A program made the position numbers and the translations under genes. A DNA stretch of 64,000 nt, taken from contig MCFE01000497.1 of assembly GCA_002104905.1 (NCBI GenBank), positions 1 through 64,000 on the forward strand, in the 5' to 3' direction. Below, in pieces: positions 49,467-62,863 of the stretch. Under the pieces are notes generated by a model. That model saw only the letters and a program-made list of their open reading frames with translations, was not told the origin of the DNA and made no database searches. Positions within the stretch are counted from its first letter, which is position 1. Every line of letters begins with the position of its first letter. Origin of the DNA: Basidiobolus meristosporus CBS 931.73 (lineage: Eukaryota > Fungi > Basidiobolomycota).

Positions 49467-50714
49467 ATGGTCCCCATACCAAGCCTCAACTCATCTTTAG
49501 TACAGCCAAGACAAAACCCATCCCCCAGCTCACAAGCACGGTCTGGACAGGAGAAGTTGATGTCAGATCTGTTTGAGTTCTTGCCAAATGATTTTAGTAT
49601 GGCCCAAGTGTCTATGATGAGCCTTCAAACAGATATTTGGGCACTACATATTAATCTAGCAGAACTAGACACCTCAGAGAGTTGACAAAGATGGAAGAAT
49701 TTAAGTAGAAAGCTGTGGCATGAGTTCTACATCAAGATGCCAGCCAATGTATGTAAAAAGATACATAACAAGACAAGTATTGAAATCAAGAATGAGCTAA
49801 GAGTGAGGAGATTTGACAAAGAAGCCACGCGGGAACAACTTTGCGCCCAATTTGCACAGTATGGGCTGGACGCGTCCATTTGTGCCTCAACTTTGGGAAC
49901 CAAAGAGATTTTGAATGAGTTTTGGCCTCAAATGACTAATGTACTACGTGATATATTAGTAGAGCTAAGTAGCTTCCAAGAGCAATATACACAGGACTTA
50001 TCCAGGCAACAGCTCCAAAGTATCAGACAGAGGGTAAGTGAATATCTTGAGGAATCAGATGGTGAGCTTCAGGAGGAAGAATACTGGCCGCAAGCAACAT
50101 CATCCAGATTGCGCCAGCACACCTTGCTGGATTCCCTACCATCTCTTGCAACCACAGCGCACCGGCACACGTCAGTCCAGACCATGCCAACACCCTTGTC
50201 CAGAACACCCTGCATTGAGTCAATGCGTGTTGGGTCAACGCGCGTGCTTCAGAGCAAAACTACAAGAACTTGCCAAACTGCTCATTTAGACAAGAGTCCA
50301 TTGGAGTGGACCAAGTTGCGTCAACATGCAGCATCACATCAAACTCAGCCAAGGGTCATCTCAACGCGTCAAGGCGCGCCTGCGCGTGCCGTTTTGCCTG
50401 ACCATCAGCAAGTTACTTCTGGTGAACTGACTGATGATGACCAACATGAAGTGCCTCAACCACTGGAGCCCTTAGCAAGTAAAAGAACGCGTCAGCGTGT
50501 GGCACTACAGGCCTGTTCAGCTGGTTCAGTTGGAGCAATTCAGCACGGCCAAGCTGCAGCATTGCACTCATCAACTAGGAGGCAAAATACTGACTACAAA
50601 TACACAAGTAGCCAAGATGATAGTCAGCCAGGAAGTAGTATAGGTGTGCAAAGTGAGTCACTACCAAATGCTTCAGTAGTAATCCCTGTGAGAAAAAAAC
50701 CCAGGAGAAGATGA
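49467..50714 (+). CDS. PHIS partner (ORF2) protein, ~415 aa, with SAP-like motif and C-terminal NLS; one CGA-to-TGA type stop at 49683
   Basis: ORFs 49467-49685 and 49737-50714 are in the same frame, separated by a single TGA. The ATG at 49467 is conserved in the 37-39 kb copy. Ends RKKPRRR. Confidence 0.75.
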
Positions 50715-52352
50715 TGCAATTGCCTTGAATTGCTCACATGCGTAATGATCCCAACAACCATTTTTTTTGCGATCCAAATCAAGCCATTGCAAATCAGTGA
50801 TCATCAAATTTTTGATATAAGTAATATCAAGGTTGTCTCACATTTGAGACAGAACCCCTATAAATAAACACCCTGCATATATGTACTTCATCTGTAACAC
50901 CAGTGCAGCTATTGGATCTGTTTTGCACCTACACAATTGCTTGCATGCTAGCTATGACACCTTGTCCAATCACTAGGATCAGGGATTTACTTGCTCAATG
51001 GGCAAAATGGGATATTTGATGGCAAATCAGGTAGCTTTTTCAGTAGTCAATGAGCCAATTGGGGGCTACCAGCTTCAGGATACTTTTGGACCAATTAACC
51101 ACTGAGATACCGTCCAATTGGAGTGAGGGTAACCAAAATGGTAAGTATCAGTGTAGTTGATAGTGTGATACACATTTATTTTCATTTACATTAAAGAAAC
51201 ATATCCAAATACCGGATTTTACCTGCCATAATAGCAGTATCCAATTGCGCACGTGATGCAAACATTATGAGCTGGCGCAATCATCTGTGCCAACCTCATT
51301 GTGTCAGATTGTGCCATAGTGTGCAAGATTGTCCCACATAGTGCAAAATTGTCCAAGAACAATCCTGCCTTCTGGTAGCTATTATAGCACGCCCAATTGC
51401 TCTTTACAACCGCGGATTGTGCCGTGCGCTCTGGCACGGTATGATGGAACAAGTCTAATGGGTAAGCAAATAGTGAGGGGTGATTCCATAGTGGAATATA
51501 TAAATTGCACAAGGGCAGGTAGAGAAAGGAAATACCACTTGGTAAATTGGTATGGTAGCATTATACAGACCAGCTGTAGGCCATCATACTGCCATTGCAA
51601 TGCCATCATAATCTTGCTGTGAGGCTGTTAAAGTACAGTCAAGATTTTTGCCATATAAGGCAATTTGATGCCCTGGCTGGTTAAAACCACTTGGAATAGT
51701 TGTAGAGTGCAATAAGACCGCAACAATGCTGTGCAATCATTGCCATAGCTTCAATCAAATCCCATCATGTATTTATAACTTTATTTAGCAGTTTAAATTA
51801 GCAAAACACTATTGTGATCCCATCATAGGATTGTAAGAGGGTCACAAATTCCATGCTGCTGGTATTACAACAGTCTCCAGAAGGGGTCCTGATGGCTGAT
51901 CTGAATTGGATCCACCTGCAAGACCGTATTATTTTTTGTAGGGTAAAGGAAAAGGTAGAGAGAAAAAAGTCTACCCAGTCTAGAGACAGGGAAGTGTGAG
52001 AAAAAAGTAGCAGTTCTTGCCAATTAAAGCTGTAAGCCCAGAACAGACTGAATCCTATCCTAGCCAAGAAGAATTACCAAGAAGAAAACAGCTGTTTTTG
52101 CAAGAGTTGGAAGTGTAGCCATCTGAGCTACACTCCAGTGAGGTAGATGAGTTTGCCAAGAAAGGCAATCTGCCGCCACAGCGTCCACATCCTCCATTGT
52201 TGACCACATGGAGATCCCACTGACAGACAAAGTAGCAACATTAAGAACTCAAAAGGTTATCACAATGCCTTTAGTGGAATTTTTGAACATCAATAGGCAC
52301 ACCAAGAGGTTTCAGCACTTCTTCAAGAGCAGTGCTCAACAAAGCATACTTG

Positions 52353-55300
52353 TGTTACAAGTCTTGGTATAAGAGTTGTAGAGGAATAGGGAGTTTAGCT
52401 AGTATTGTATTCACTAAAACTTGAACTGATTTTTATTGAGGTTCCAGCAGCTCCTTATATACATTTTGCCAGATCAATTGCTGACTAATTGTATTTCCTA
52501 ATGTAGGTTGTGGCTGATGACTCATTTGATTGCATCATCATCCCCCAATAAGATCCTACTTAATATATCTATTTCTGTCTGATAAGGATCTGCTGATTCA
52601 TTTGCTGACTAATGCTACTGATTTCATAGATAATACTGATGTACTGATAACCTAAACATATACTAACTGATTTGACTAAAAACTGATCTAACTTAAACAT
52701 TCAAGCGGCAGATCATAACATTCTCCCCTACTAAAGTTGAGAGGGTTCTCCTGAATCTCTTTTCTTGTGATACCAATATCTTGATGGTTCAGTATTATCA
52801 GCAAGTCTTGCAAGCTTGAGTCTGTCCCTATGCACTAAGTCTTCCCGGATATTGCCTTGTTTGTCCACCAGTTGGTAAGTTGCAAATGGACATTCTCTGA
52901 TGATCTTGAATGGTCCTGTCCATTGTGGCTCAAACTTCTTCCGAGTGTTGTTTCTTAGCAATACAAAGTTCCCAACTGTCAATGCTTCTGGTGCTATAGT
53001 CTTATCAAATCTCTGCTTCATCTTTTCTGCACTTTGAGATACTTTGGTCTGTGCCTCTTGACGTCTTTGTTCCAGTTGCTGGTGTCTACTTGGCTGACTG
53101 AGTTCATCTTCTAAGGTGTCTGTAAGCTTTGGTTGTGTGAGATCTCCTGGAATCCTTGGTTCACATCCATAAACTAAGTAAAATGGTGATTGCTGGGTGG
53201 TGTTGTGTACTCTGACTCTGCATGCAAAGAGTGCTTGGTCTATATACTCATCCCATCTACTGACAACTCCATTTGCATACTTGGTCAGCATTTTTCCAAA
53301 TAATCCATTAAACCGCTCAGTGACTCCATTAGTTCTGGGGTGATATGCCGAGGTTTTCAAGTGTCTGATCTGCTGCATTTCCAGGTAAGCCTCTAATGTC
53401 TTTGCCATAAAGTTTGCACCTCTATCGGATAAGATCTCCACAGGGCATCCAAACTTCATCAGGATCTCATGGTAAATGAAACTTGCAACTTCTTGTTCAC
53501 TGGCTATTGGTACAGCTTTAGCAACTGGCCATTTAGTGGCATGGTCAATTGCTACTAGGATCCAACGGTTGCATTTCCTGGTAGTTGGCAGTCTTCCAAT
53601 AAAGTCAATTCCCCATCTCTCAAATGGTCTTACAGGCTCCAAAGGGAAGAGTTCGGCAATTCTTTGTGGCTGGCCTTGATTGATTTGGCAGTTTGGGCAT
53701 GTTTTTACTAGCTTCTCAATGTCTTGTTTCATTCTGGGCCACCATGCTCTGGCTTTTACAAGGCTATAGGTTCCTTCAATCCCAAGATGTCCATATCCAT
53801 TGTGTAGCTTATGTATTAAATCCAGGCGAGCAACATAAGGACAATAGGCAATAGGGCTTCCATCAACAATTCGGTAGAGTGTTTCATTCTGTACAACAAA
53901 TTTGCTGGCCTCATCACGGATTATCTTCTTGATATCTTCATCCACCTCATTAGGAATGGCTTGGTCCTCCAAGTACTTTGGTAATAGGCTAGGCCAATCT
54001 GATTCATGCACCAAGTTGAGTTGTGCAACTTGATCTAATCTTGATAAGGCATCAGCAACCGTGTTGTTTTTTCCAGGACAGTAGACAATCTCCAGGTCAA
54101 ATTGCTGAATGTATTCACTCCATCTTGTCATTCTTCTAGAGAGTACCTTCTGAGTAAATATATACTTGAGGGAGGCATGATCAGTCTTCACAGTGCATTT
54201 GACTCCTTCAATATAGCATCTCCATGTCTTCAAACAGTGTATTATAGCAAGCATCTCCTTCTCATGAACTGGATAGTTTTGTTCTGCTGAGTTCAGTTTC
54301 TTGGATTCAAAGGCAACAGGGTAGTCCTTTCCCTCGTGTTCTTGGCTCAGCACTCCACCAATTGCATAATCTGAAGCATCTGTGCACAGAGTGAACTCTT
54401 TTCTGAAGTCTGGTATTCTTAAGCTTGGCAGCTTAGCAAGTTCATTCTTTAGTGTCTGGAAGGCAGTCTCACAAGCTATGTCCCACTTGTAGGTATTGTC
54501 TTTCTTGAGGATATCAGTTAAAGGGGCTGCAATACTTGCAAATGACTTGACAAATCTCCGATAATAGGAAACCATTCCAAGGAAGGATCTGAGTTCTGAT
54601 ATGCTATGGGGCTGCTTCAAATTCTTGATTACTTCCACCTTCTTGGGGTCTAAGGTTACTCCTGTGCTAGTCACTATGTGTCCCAGATATTCTACGTGTT
54701 CCTTGAAGAATTCACACTTGGCTAGCTTGCCGTATAGCTTGTTCTCTCTTAGTTTCTTCAAGACCTTTTCAATGTGCACCATGTGATCCTTTTCTGTCTT
54801 GCTGTATATCAATATGTCATCCAGGTAGATTATCACAAACTTGTCTAAGTACTCCTGAAAGACAGTCTGCATCAGCGTCATGAATGTTGCAGGGGCATTA
54901 GTGAGGCCAAAACTCATGACTAAGTACTCGTAATGTCCATATCTGGTCCTGAATGCTGTCTTAGGGATATCTTCTGGTTTCACCCTAATCTGGTTGTATC
55001 CTGACATGAGGTCGATCTTGCTGAAAATAGTGGCTCCATTAAGTTGGTCCAAAAGCTCATCAATCCGAGGTATGGGGTACTTATTCTTGACGGTAACTGA
55101 GTTCAGGGCTCTGTAGTCAATGCACATCCTAAGTGTTCCATCCTTCTTTTTCACAAAAAGCACTGGTGCTCCCCAAGGTGACTTGCTGGGCCTGATGTAT
55201 CCTTGCTCCAATAGCTGATCAATTTGTTTCTTCATTTCCTCCAATTCCAATGGACTCATTCTGTAAGGTGTCTTGCTCACTGGAGGGCTATCTCCTGTGT

Positions 55301-57290
55301 CAATGGCATGATCCACATCTCTGACTGGTGGTAGGCTTACAAGCTCATCTGGAAACACGTCTGAATATTTCTTCAAGAGAGTCTGGACCTGCTGGGGTGC
55401 TGGGATAGAGGAATCCTCCTGTAATACCGCCATGAGGAACATCTGGGTACCTTTTCTAAGTGCTCTACAGAACTGGGTCTTGCTAAGTTCACTTGTCTCA
55501 CACACACTGGAATTGACCAAGTTGAAATCCAGCCTGGCAGGTAATAGCTCATAGGTCTTGTTGTCTTTTTGGATCTGAGTAGCATGGGTTCTCCAGTTGA
55601 TTGATGGATTACGACAAAATAGCCAGGTTTTCCCAAGTACAAGGTCAAACTTGCAGTTCCCAAATATATAAGCCTGTAGGTTTTCTTCATAGTCATTGAT
55701 CTTCATTCTTACTGGCTGGGTAATACGGTTGATTATGTGGGAGTTCCCATCAGCTGTGGAGACTGAAGTTGATTTGGTAGGTTCCAAGTTGATTCCAGCT
55801 TTCAAAGCAAATTGCTCTGACATGTACTCATGCGATGCTCCTGAGTCAATCATGATCTTGGCAGGTACTCCATTGATTGCTCCATTCAGGTACAATAACT
55901 TCCCTGAGTTTGAAGTCATTTGGGACAAGTACTCTTCTGTCATATGGAAGGTGAGTTCCGAGTCTTCTTCAAGCTCATCTTCCTCATTATTGTGTTCATG
56001 GGACTCAATATGGTTGAAGGTTCTTGTTGGCTGGTGTCCATTTCTTCTCTGAGGGCAGTACTTTGCAATATGTCCCTGCTGGTGGCAATTGAAGCAAAGT
56101 CCTCTCTTCTTGCATTCTTCTGAGGAGGGATTCTTCTGCATAGCGTCTATTTCCATTGGTACTGCTTCTGATTGTCTTCTTTCATAATGATTATAGCCTT
56201 TCTGACTAGTCACTGTAGGCTTCCCAACTCCAAACATAGCTGAGTCATAGTCAATGGCAATCTTGATGGCTTCTTCAATAGTCTGAGGTCTTCGGTAATT
56301 GACTTCCTTGCGAGTTCTTTCTTTCAACCCAACAATAAAGTATTCAACTTGATCCAAGGGGTCCATTCTTTCAATTTGTCCAAGTAGACATCTGTACTCA
56401 TAGATGTATTCTTGCACCATTCCTTTCTGTCTGAGTGTCTTTAACTTCCTTCTTAGTAGTGTCTGCTGGTGTGGAGGTTCAAAAGCATCCTGAATTTCCA
56501 ACACAAACTCATCCCAGGTAGAGATTGTAGAGCATCCCATCATAGTAGCTGACCTGATCTTGTTGTGGTACCACTGTAAAGCTGCATCTGCCAGGTAAGA
56601 AGCTGCATAATGCAACTTGCTCTCTGGAGCAATTCCTTTAGCTTTAAAAGCTTCTTCAATCTGAAAGAGCCAAGTTCCCAGGTTTTCATTGACTCTGCCA
56701 TGGTACCGGTTGACCTTCACACTAAAGTTGCTCTTGACAGGGCTTTGCTGGCTCTGAGCCATGGTAGTCATTCCTTGTTGCTGTTGGCTGAGGATCTGGA
56801 GTAGCTGTTGCTGTTGGGCAAGGATTTGCTGCATGGCATTCTTCCATTCTTGATTGTCCGACATCTTGAGGGTGGTTTCTTCTTTCTTCAGGAGGGAGGT
56901 TTCTGGTTATCGCTGCTACCAATGTTACAAGTCTTGGTATAAGAGTTGTAGAGGAATAGGGAGTTTAGCTAGTATTGTATTCACTAAAACTTGAACTGAT
57001 TTTTATTGAGGTTCCAGCAGCTCCTTATATACATTTTGCCAGATCAATTGCTGACTAATTGTATTTCCTAATGTAGGTTGTGGCTGATGACTCATTTGAT
57101 TGCATCATCATCCCCCAATAAGATCCTACTTAATATATCTATTTCTGTCTGATAAGGATCTGCTGATTCATTTGCTGACTAATGCTACTGATTTCATAGA
57201 TAATACTGATGTACTGATAACCTAAACATATACTAACTGATTTGACTAAAAACTGATCTAACTTAAACATTCAAGCGGCAGATCATAACA
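52353..57290 (-). mobile_element. Intact, very recent Ty3/Gypsy retrotransposon
   Basis: LTRs 56923-57290 and 52353-52720 are 368 bp and identical on visual comparison. PBS TGGTAGCAGCG at 56921-56911, PPT GGGGAGAA next to the 3' LTR, 4-bp TSD cttg (52349-52352, 57291-57294). Confidence 0.97.
52731..56864 (-). CDS. Single-frame Gag-Pol polyprotein, 1377 aa (gag, CCHC, PR, RT, RNase H, IN; no chromodomain)
   Basis: [63 protein letters not shown] and a terminal GPF motif. Confidence 0.97.
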   Translation of the reverse strand: MSDNQEWKNAMQQILAQQQQLLQILSQQQQGMTTMAQSQQSPVKSNFSVKVNRYHGRVNENLGTWLFQIEEAFKAKGIAPESKLHYAASYLADAALQWYHNKIRSATMMGCSTISTWDEFVLEIQDAFEPPHQQTLLRRKLKTLRQKGMVQEYIYEYRCLLGQIERMDPLDQVEYFIVGLKERTRKEVNYRRPQTIEEAIKIAIDYDSAMFGVGKPTVTSQKGYNHYERRQSEAVPMEIDAMQKNPSSEECKKRGLCFNCHQQGHIAKYCPQRRNGHQPTRTFNHIESHEHNNEEDELEEDSELTFHMTEEYLSQMTSNSGKLLYLNGAINGVPAKIMIDSGASHEYMSEQFALKAGINLEPTKSTSVSTADGNSHIINRITQPVRMKINDYEENLQAYIFGNCKFDLVLGKTWLFCRNPSINWRTHATQIQKDNKTYELLPARLDFNLVNSSVCETSELSKTQFCRALRKGTQMFLMAVLQEDSSIPAPQQVQTLLKKYSDVFPDELVSLPPVRDVDHAIDTGDSPPVSKTPYRMSPLELEEMKKQIDQLLEQGYIRPSKSPWGAPVLFVKKKDGTLRMCIDYRALNSVTVKNKYPIPRIDELLDQLNGATIFSKIDLMSGYNQIRVKPEDIPKTAFRTRYGHYEYLVMSFGLTNAPATFMTLMQTVFQEYLDKFVIIYLDDILIYSKTEKDHMVHIEKVLKKLRENKLYGKLAKCEFFKEHVEYLGHIVTSTGVTLDPKKVEVIKNLKQPHSISELRSFLGMVSYYRRFVKSFASIAAPLTDILKKDNTYKWDIACETAFQTLKNELAKLPSLRIPDFRKEFTLCTDASDYAIGGVLSQEHEGKDYPVAFESKKLNSAEQNYPVHEKEMLAIIHCLKTWRCYIEGVKCTVKTDHASLKYIFTQKVLSRRMTRWSEYIQQFDLEIVYCPGKNNTVADALSRLDQVAQLNLVHESDWPSLLPKYLEDQAIPNEVDEDIKKIIRDEASKFVVQNETLYRIVDGSPIAYCPYVARLDLIHKLHNGYGHLGIEGTYSLVKARAWWPRMKQDIEKLVKTCPNCQINQGQPQRIAELFPLEPVRPFERWGIDFIGRLPTTRKCNRWILVAIDHATKWPVAKAVPIASEQEVASFIYHEILMKFGCPVEILSDRGANFMAKTLEAYLEMQQIRHLKTSAYHPRTNGVTERFNGLFGKMLTKYANGVVSRWDEYIDQALFACRVRVHNTTQQSPFYLVYGCEPRIPGDLTQPKLTDTLEDELSQPSRHQQLEQRRQEAQTKVSQSAEKMKQRFDKTIAPEALTVGNFVLLRNNTRKKFEPQWTGPFKIIRECPFATYQLVDKQGNIREDLVHRDRLKLARLADNTEPSRYWYHKKRDSGEPSQL

Positions 57291-58230
57291 CTTGAATACT
57301 GCAGGGACTTATTGCAAAGACTGGCACATGAAGAGCTAGCCCTTGCAGTGCTGGCTGAAGACCAGGACATATGGGATCCAGTGAATGAACAGTGGCCTAA
57401 AGCCATAGGGTTCCTGCCAAACTTGTGGTAGCAGAGTGTTATAGCAGAAATACCAATCAATTAGTGAATTTTAATGGAGTTGCTTGTTAAGTGTGGGGCT
57501 GGGCTTAATGTTAGTATAGGGTATAGGGACTTGTACAGATCAATACAATTGGCAATTGAGGCACTACTGAAGTTGAAATGTAAATAAATCAGTTTGTATG
57601 CATGAAAAATAAGTAATACAGCTGAGTCAGGTAGTAAGGAGTGTGAAAAAGAGGCAATAGCCAATCAATGCAAACAAATGTACAAGGTGATAGAGTGTCC
57701 AGGATCAGAAAGTGAGAAAATTGGCAGAGAACCAATCAAAAGCTGCGTTTGTATCATTTTGATGAAAATTTTGAAAAAGTTTTTTATAATATCTGGGGTG
57801 CAATTATTTTTTGAAGGTCTTTGCATGGTGTCCTGATGGTATCAATACCTCTTAGTCATGGGACTTGGAATATGTGACAGCCTTTTGATGGGATTGTCAC
57901 AATAGTTTTTCATAGGGTATACATGTTCAACAATACAAATTCAAGGACTGCATGAACTGGATTTGTATTTATTCAAGTAGCCATTGGAGGCCATTTCTAC
58001 TCAGAGTACATTGGAAGCATTGCAAGCCAGATGTTGACATTGTAGGAATATTTATTCTGAAGCAGATCACCAATGCCTACTTGGTGTGTCTACAACTTTA
58101 TGCAATGAATTGATTACAGGATATGCTTATTTTAAATGGATCCAACCAGCTAGGACATCTAATTGCCTTACATGGCAAGAAACTTGACAGTATTTTGACA
58201 GCCTCACAGCAACACTCTGATGGCATTATA

Positions 58231-61200
58231 TGTTGTAAAAATTTGTATTTCCACCTAAATATTCACCTAACTTAGTCACTTAGATCATCACCTTCAAATC
58301 CTAGAGAACACTGACCAAAATTCCTTGTTGGGATTTACTTAGAATATTTTCACCATAATACAAGGTACCCAGAACATGATAATTCTCAAAGTTGTCCAAA
58401 CAGCCCCAAACCTTGCACACATGTTCTTGGGACCTTTCTTAATCTATTCTACGTGTTTGTAATGCCAAGACCATGTAAAAGTATAAATACTACTTTTACA
58501 TTCAATGAATCATTAAGTGAAAACCACATAATCTACTTGTTCTGCCAATCACTTCCAATATCTCCAAGACTCTACAACAGGTTATGGGTCCCAAGCTGTC
58601 ACTCTCTGCAATGTCTACTACTGCTAATACCGGAATTTTTCCCTCTGCTGAAAATTTGGATGGATCTAACTACCAAGTGTGGAAGGTAAAGATGAAGATG
58701 CTGCTACAAGAAAGAGGCCTTTGGGATATTGTCATAGGGGAAGAATGCCCTCCTAAAAGCATGGGAGAGGAAGCCTTAAAGTACCAGAAGAAAGTGCAAA
58801 GTGCCTTCAACTGCATTTGCCTTAATGTTGAAGACAAATTGCTAATTCAATGATCAAGAGCAAATACAGCAAAGAATGCCTGAAAAGCATTAGAAGACAT
58901 CTACCAGTCATGTTCAGCTGCTAAGAGAATGTATCTGAAACGGAAATTCTCTACTACAAAGATGCTGCCTGGAGAAGAAATGAAAAATCTAATTAACAGA
59001 ATTACCCTGCTGGTAGATGAGATGGAATCTGTGGGCATACCAACTAATGATAAGGATGTGGTAGTTACCATCCTGAATAGCCTGACAGACAAGTTTCAGG
59101 GCCTTGTATCAGCCCTAGAGTCCAGAGCTGAAGATTCAACCTTAAATTATGTAGATGGAAGGCTCCTGGATGAAGAATTAAGAAAATCAAGCACCGATAA
59201 GAAGGAAGAAGAAAATGCTTTAATAAGCAATGATTACCAACAAAGGAGGTACCCAAGACCCTACAAAAGCAACAGCAACCTGCTTTGTAACTACTGCAAA
59301 AGGAAAGGACACACATCAGACTGGTAACTCAAAAAGAAAGATAATCAGCAAAAGAAGCCTGAATATGGAAATGCTGCAACAACTGAAGATAGACTATTCA
59401 TATCTGCACTAAATATGACCACAAACAAGGATTCTCAGATGTGGTATATTGACTCTGGAGCATCTCAACACTTTACACACCAAAAAGAACTTTTTACCCA
59501 ATATCAAGAAATTCCAATCAAGAAGGTTTTCATGGGTGACAATAGAACACTTGATGCAGTGGGAGAAGGAACTATCCAAGTAAACCTTAGAAGCAGTGAA
59601 GGAAGCCATACACTTATCTTTAAAGAAGTACTCTATGTACCAGAAATAGCCAAGAACCTACTTTCTGTAAGCAAAGCCACAGCAGAAGGACTCAGTTTCA
59701 GCTTTGACAATTCTGGATGCAAGATCACTGATCAAAATGGTGCCCATATTGCTTTGGGTATCAGAGATCAGAATCTATACAAGTTGACTTATATTCCATC
59801 ATATTTGGAAGCCAATATAAGTAACTCAAATGAAGAAACATCAATGCTTTGGCACAGGAGATTTGGATACATCAATTTTGATTATTTGAGTAAAATGATC
59901 AAAGATCAGCTAATTTCTGGAGTGAAAATTGATCCCCCAGCTAATTTGGAGCGCTGTGAAGCCTGCATATATGGGAAACAAGCCAGACAACCATTCAAGA
60001 GCTCTGGGTTAATCAAAACTAAGAAAAAATTAGATCTAATTCACTCAGATCTGTGTGGACCTATGCAAAATTTATCCTTAGGTGGGATGAAGTATTGAAT
60101 CACTTTTATTGATAATTATACATGATACACATGGGTCAACTTCATGGAGAGAAAGGAAGAAGCTCTGTCTAAGCTCATAGAGTTTAAAGCCGTGGTGGAG
60201 AGAAAAACTGGTGAAAAATCAAGAAAATAGGCTCTGACAATGGTGGAGAATACACCTCAAAACTCTTCATCCACTTCTGCAAAATTCATGGGATAAAGCA
60301 AGAGACTACTGTACCATACTCCCCACAGCAAAATGGAGTAGCAGAACATGCTAACAGATCAATAATTGATATGGCAAGATCTATGATCCATGATCAGAAA
60401 TTATCCTATGATTTTTGGGCGGAATCAGTTGCCACTGCTGTATACCTTAAAAATAGGTGTTATAATAGAATACTTCATGATTCTACTCCACTTGAAGCAT
60501 GGTATGGATACAGACCAAGTGCAGAACATCTAAGAATATTTGGGTGTACAGCATATGCTAAAAAACTGGCCAGAAATCAGTCAAAATTTGAGCCAAAAAG
60601 TGTAAAATGCATATTTTTGGGCCACTGCAATGAGAGTAAGGCATACAGACTCAACAATACCAAAGCAAAGAAGCTTATCAAGTCCAGGGATGTGTTGTTT
60701 GATGAAAATTCAAAATTTTCACAAAAAATGACATCAGATAATGACAAAAATTTGATCTCAAGTCCACCAATTGTCAAGATTGAATCAGAGCAAAACAATG
60801 AAAATCTTTAGCTCCAGAGGACTCTACAACCATGGTTCAGCCAGAAGCAGTGCCCAGGAAAATCCCAGAAGTGATCATTCCAGTATCAAATGCCCATAGA
60901 TCCAATTGGACAAGAAAGAGCTCAAATTACTATAACAATGAGGGTACAAACTTAGCCTATGCCTATTCAGTCCATATTGATGAACCCCAGACTGCAAAAG
61001 AGGCCCTAAATAGCCCTCCGACAAAGTTTTGGAGATCTGCAATGACTGAGGAATATCAGGCTCTGATGGAAAATCAAACTTGGGACTTGGTCAAATTACC
61101 AATCAACCAAAAATTAATTGGATGCAGATGGGTCTTCAAGACAAAATACAAGGCTGATGGTACAATTGAAAGATACAAAGCAAGACTTGTAGCTAAAGGA

Positions 61201-62863
61201 TACTCTCAAACAAAAGGACTTGACTATACTGAGACCTTTGCACCGGTAGCCAAGTTTAATTCCATCAGATCAACATTGGCTATTGCAGCCAAATATAAGT
61301 TTTTTATTCATCAAATGAATGTAAAAAACTGCATTTTTGACTGGAGAACTTGATGAGGACGTGTATATGGACTAGCCTGATGGGTTTGTTGACCAAGATA
61401 GCCCCCATTTGGTCTGCAAGCTTAAAAAGTTACTATATGGTCTCAAACAATCACCAAGAGCCTGGAATTGCAAGATAGATTCTTATTTGGAATCTTTGAG
61501 TTTCAAAAGAAGTAATGCTGACTATAGTATATACTATAAGCCAGATAGAGCAAATCCAGCTCTATTAGCTCTATATGTGGATGATCTTATTATAGCCGCC
61601 AATAACCTAGAAACACTAGAAGAGACTAAATCCAGCCTATCTAAGGAGTTCAAGATATCCAATCTAGGAGAACTTAGTTACTACTTAGGAATTAAATTCT
61701 CCATAGACAGAAGTACCCAGACTATCACCCTAAGTCAATCTAAGTATATTCAAGATATACTAAAGAAGTACCAAATGGAAGACTGTAAACCAGCAGCTAC
61801 CCCAATGGAGACAAACCTTAACTTGGTCAAAACTCAACCAAATCAAGAGATCTTGAGGCCATCTGAAAGCCCTGACTTTCCTTATCAATCTATGGTCGCA
61901 GTCTGATGTATATCATGCTTGGAACACATCCAGATATCTCTTATTCAGTGGGAGTTGTCAGCCATCATAATCAGAACTATGGATCTGAACATATTGCAGC
62001 AGTTGAGCGGGTTTTTAGATACCTAAAAGGAGCTGCTGATATCTGCTTAAGATACACTTACATGGATTCAGAACAGGATCTTGTGGGATACTCTGATGCT
62101 GATTGGGGATGAAATTTGGATGACAGAAGATCCACCACAGGATACACCTTTCTATACTGTAAAGGAGCAATTTCATGGAATTCAAGAAAGCAACCAACCA
62201 TAGCACCTTCCACCACAGAGGCAGAGTAAATGGCAGCCTGTGAAGCTACAAAAGAAGCAATGTGGTTAAGAAAACTTTTTACAGATTTAGGTCTATGTCA
62301 AAAAACGCCTATTACTTTATTTCAAGATAATCAAGGATGTATACAATTAGGTAAAAATCCAACTTTTCATGCTAGAACCAAGCACATAGATATTAGACAT
62401 CATTTCATACGTGAAGCTATAGAGAATAACTTAGTTAGCTTAGTTTACTGTCCTACAGATGAAATGATTGCAGACATATTTACCAAACCATTAGCTAGAG
62501 ACAAGTTTGAATATCTTAGGTCAAAATTAGGACTAGTCAGTATGAACATTTAGCTGAGTGGGAGTGTTGTAAAAATTTGTATTTCCACCTAAATATTCAC
62601 CTAACTTAGTAACTTAGATCATCACCTTCAAATTCTTGAGAATACTGACCAAATTCCTTGTTGGGATTTACTTAGAATATTTTCACCAAATACCAGGTAC
62701 CAAGAACATGAAAATTCTCAAAGTTGTCCAAACAGCCCAAACTTTGCACACATGTTCTTGGGACCTTTCTTAATCTATTCTACATAAATGTAATGCCAAG
62801 ACCAGGTAAAAGTATAAATACTACTTTTACATTCAATAAATCATTAAGTGAAAACCATATAAT
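58231..62863 (+). mobile_element. Full-length but mutated Ty1/Copia; 3' LTR (from 62565) interrupted by a PHIS insertion
   Basis: 5' LTR 58231-58579, PBS ggttatgggtccc, gag-pol broken by many stops and frameshifts, PPT gagtgggag at 62556-62564. Confidence 0.93.

Larger units (their letters stand above)
48041..51456. mobile_element. Two-ORF PHIS-superfamily (PIF/Harbinger-related, Pangu-like) DNA transposon, 3416 bp
   Basis: 10-bp TIRs AGACTTGTTC / GAACAAGTCT, aat on both sides (48038-48040, 51457-51459), subterminal GTGCC/GGCAC repeats, divergent transposase and partner ORFs. Confidence 0.88.
51457..57917. mobile_element. CMC right arm (51457-51943) joined to another copy's accessory-gene 3' half and left end (51944-57917), the latter hosting the intact Gypsy
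   Basis: Termini attttttgtaggg (ends 51943) and tagtttttcataggg (ends 57917). Host sequence reads through aaagcatacttg|Gypsy|cttgaatactgc. Confidence 0.8.

Noticed and set aside
52731-52900. Chromodomain or env in the intact Gypsy
   Set aside because: The ORF ends shortly after the GPF motif and only ~10 bp separate the stop from the 3' LTR.
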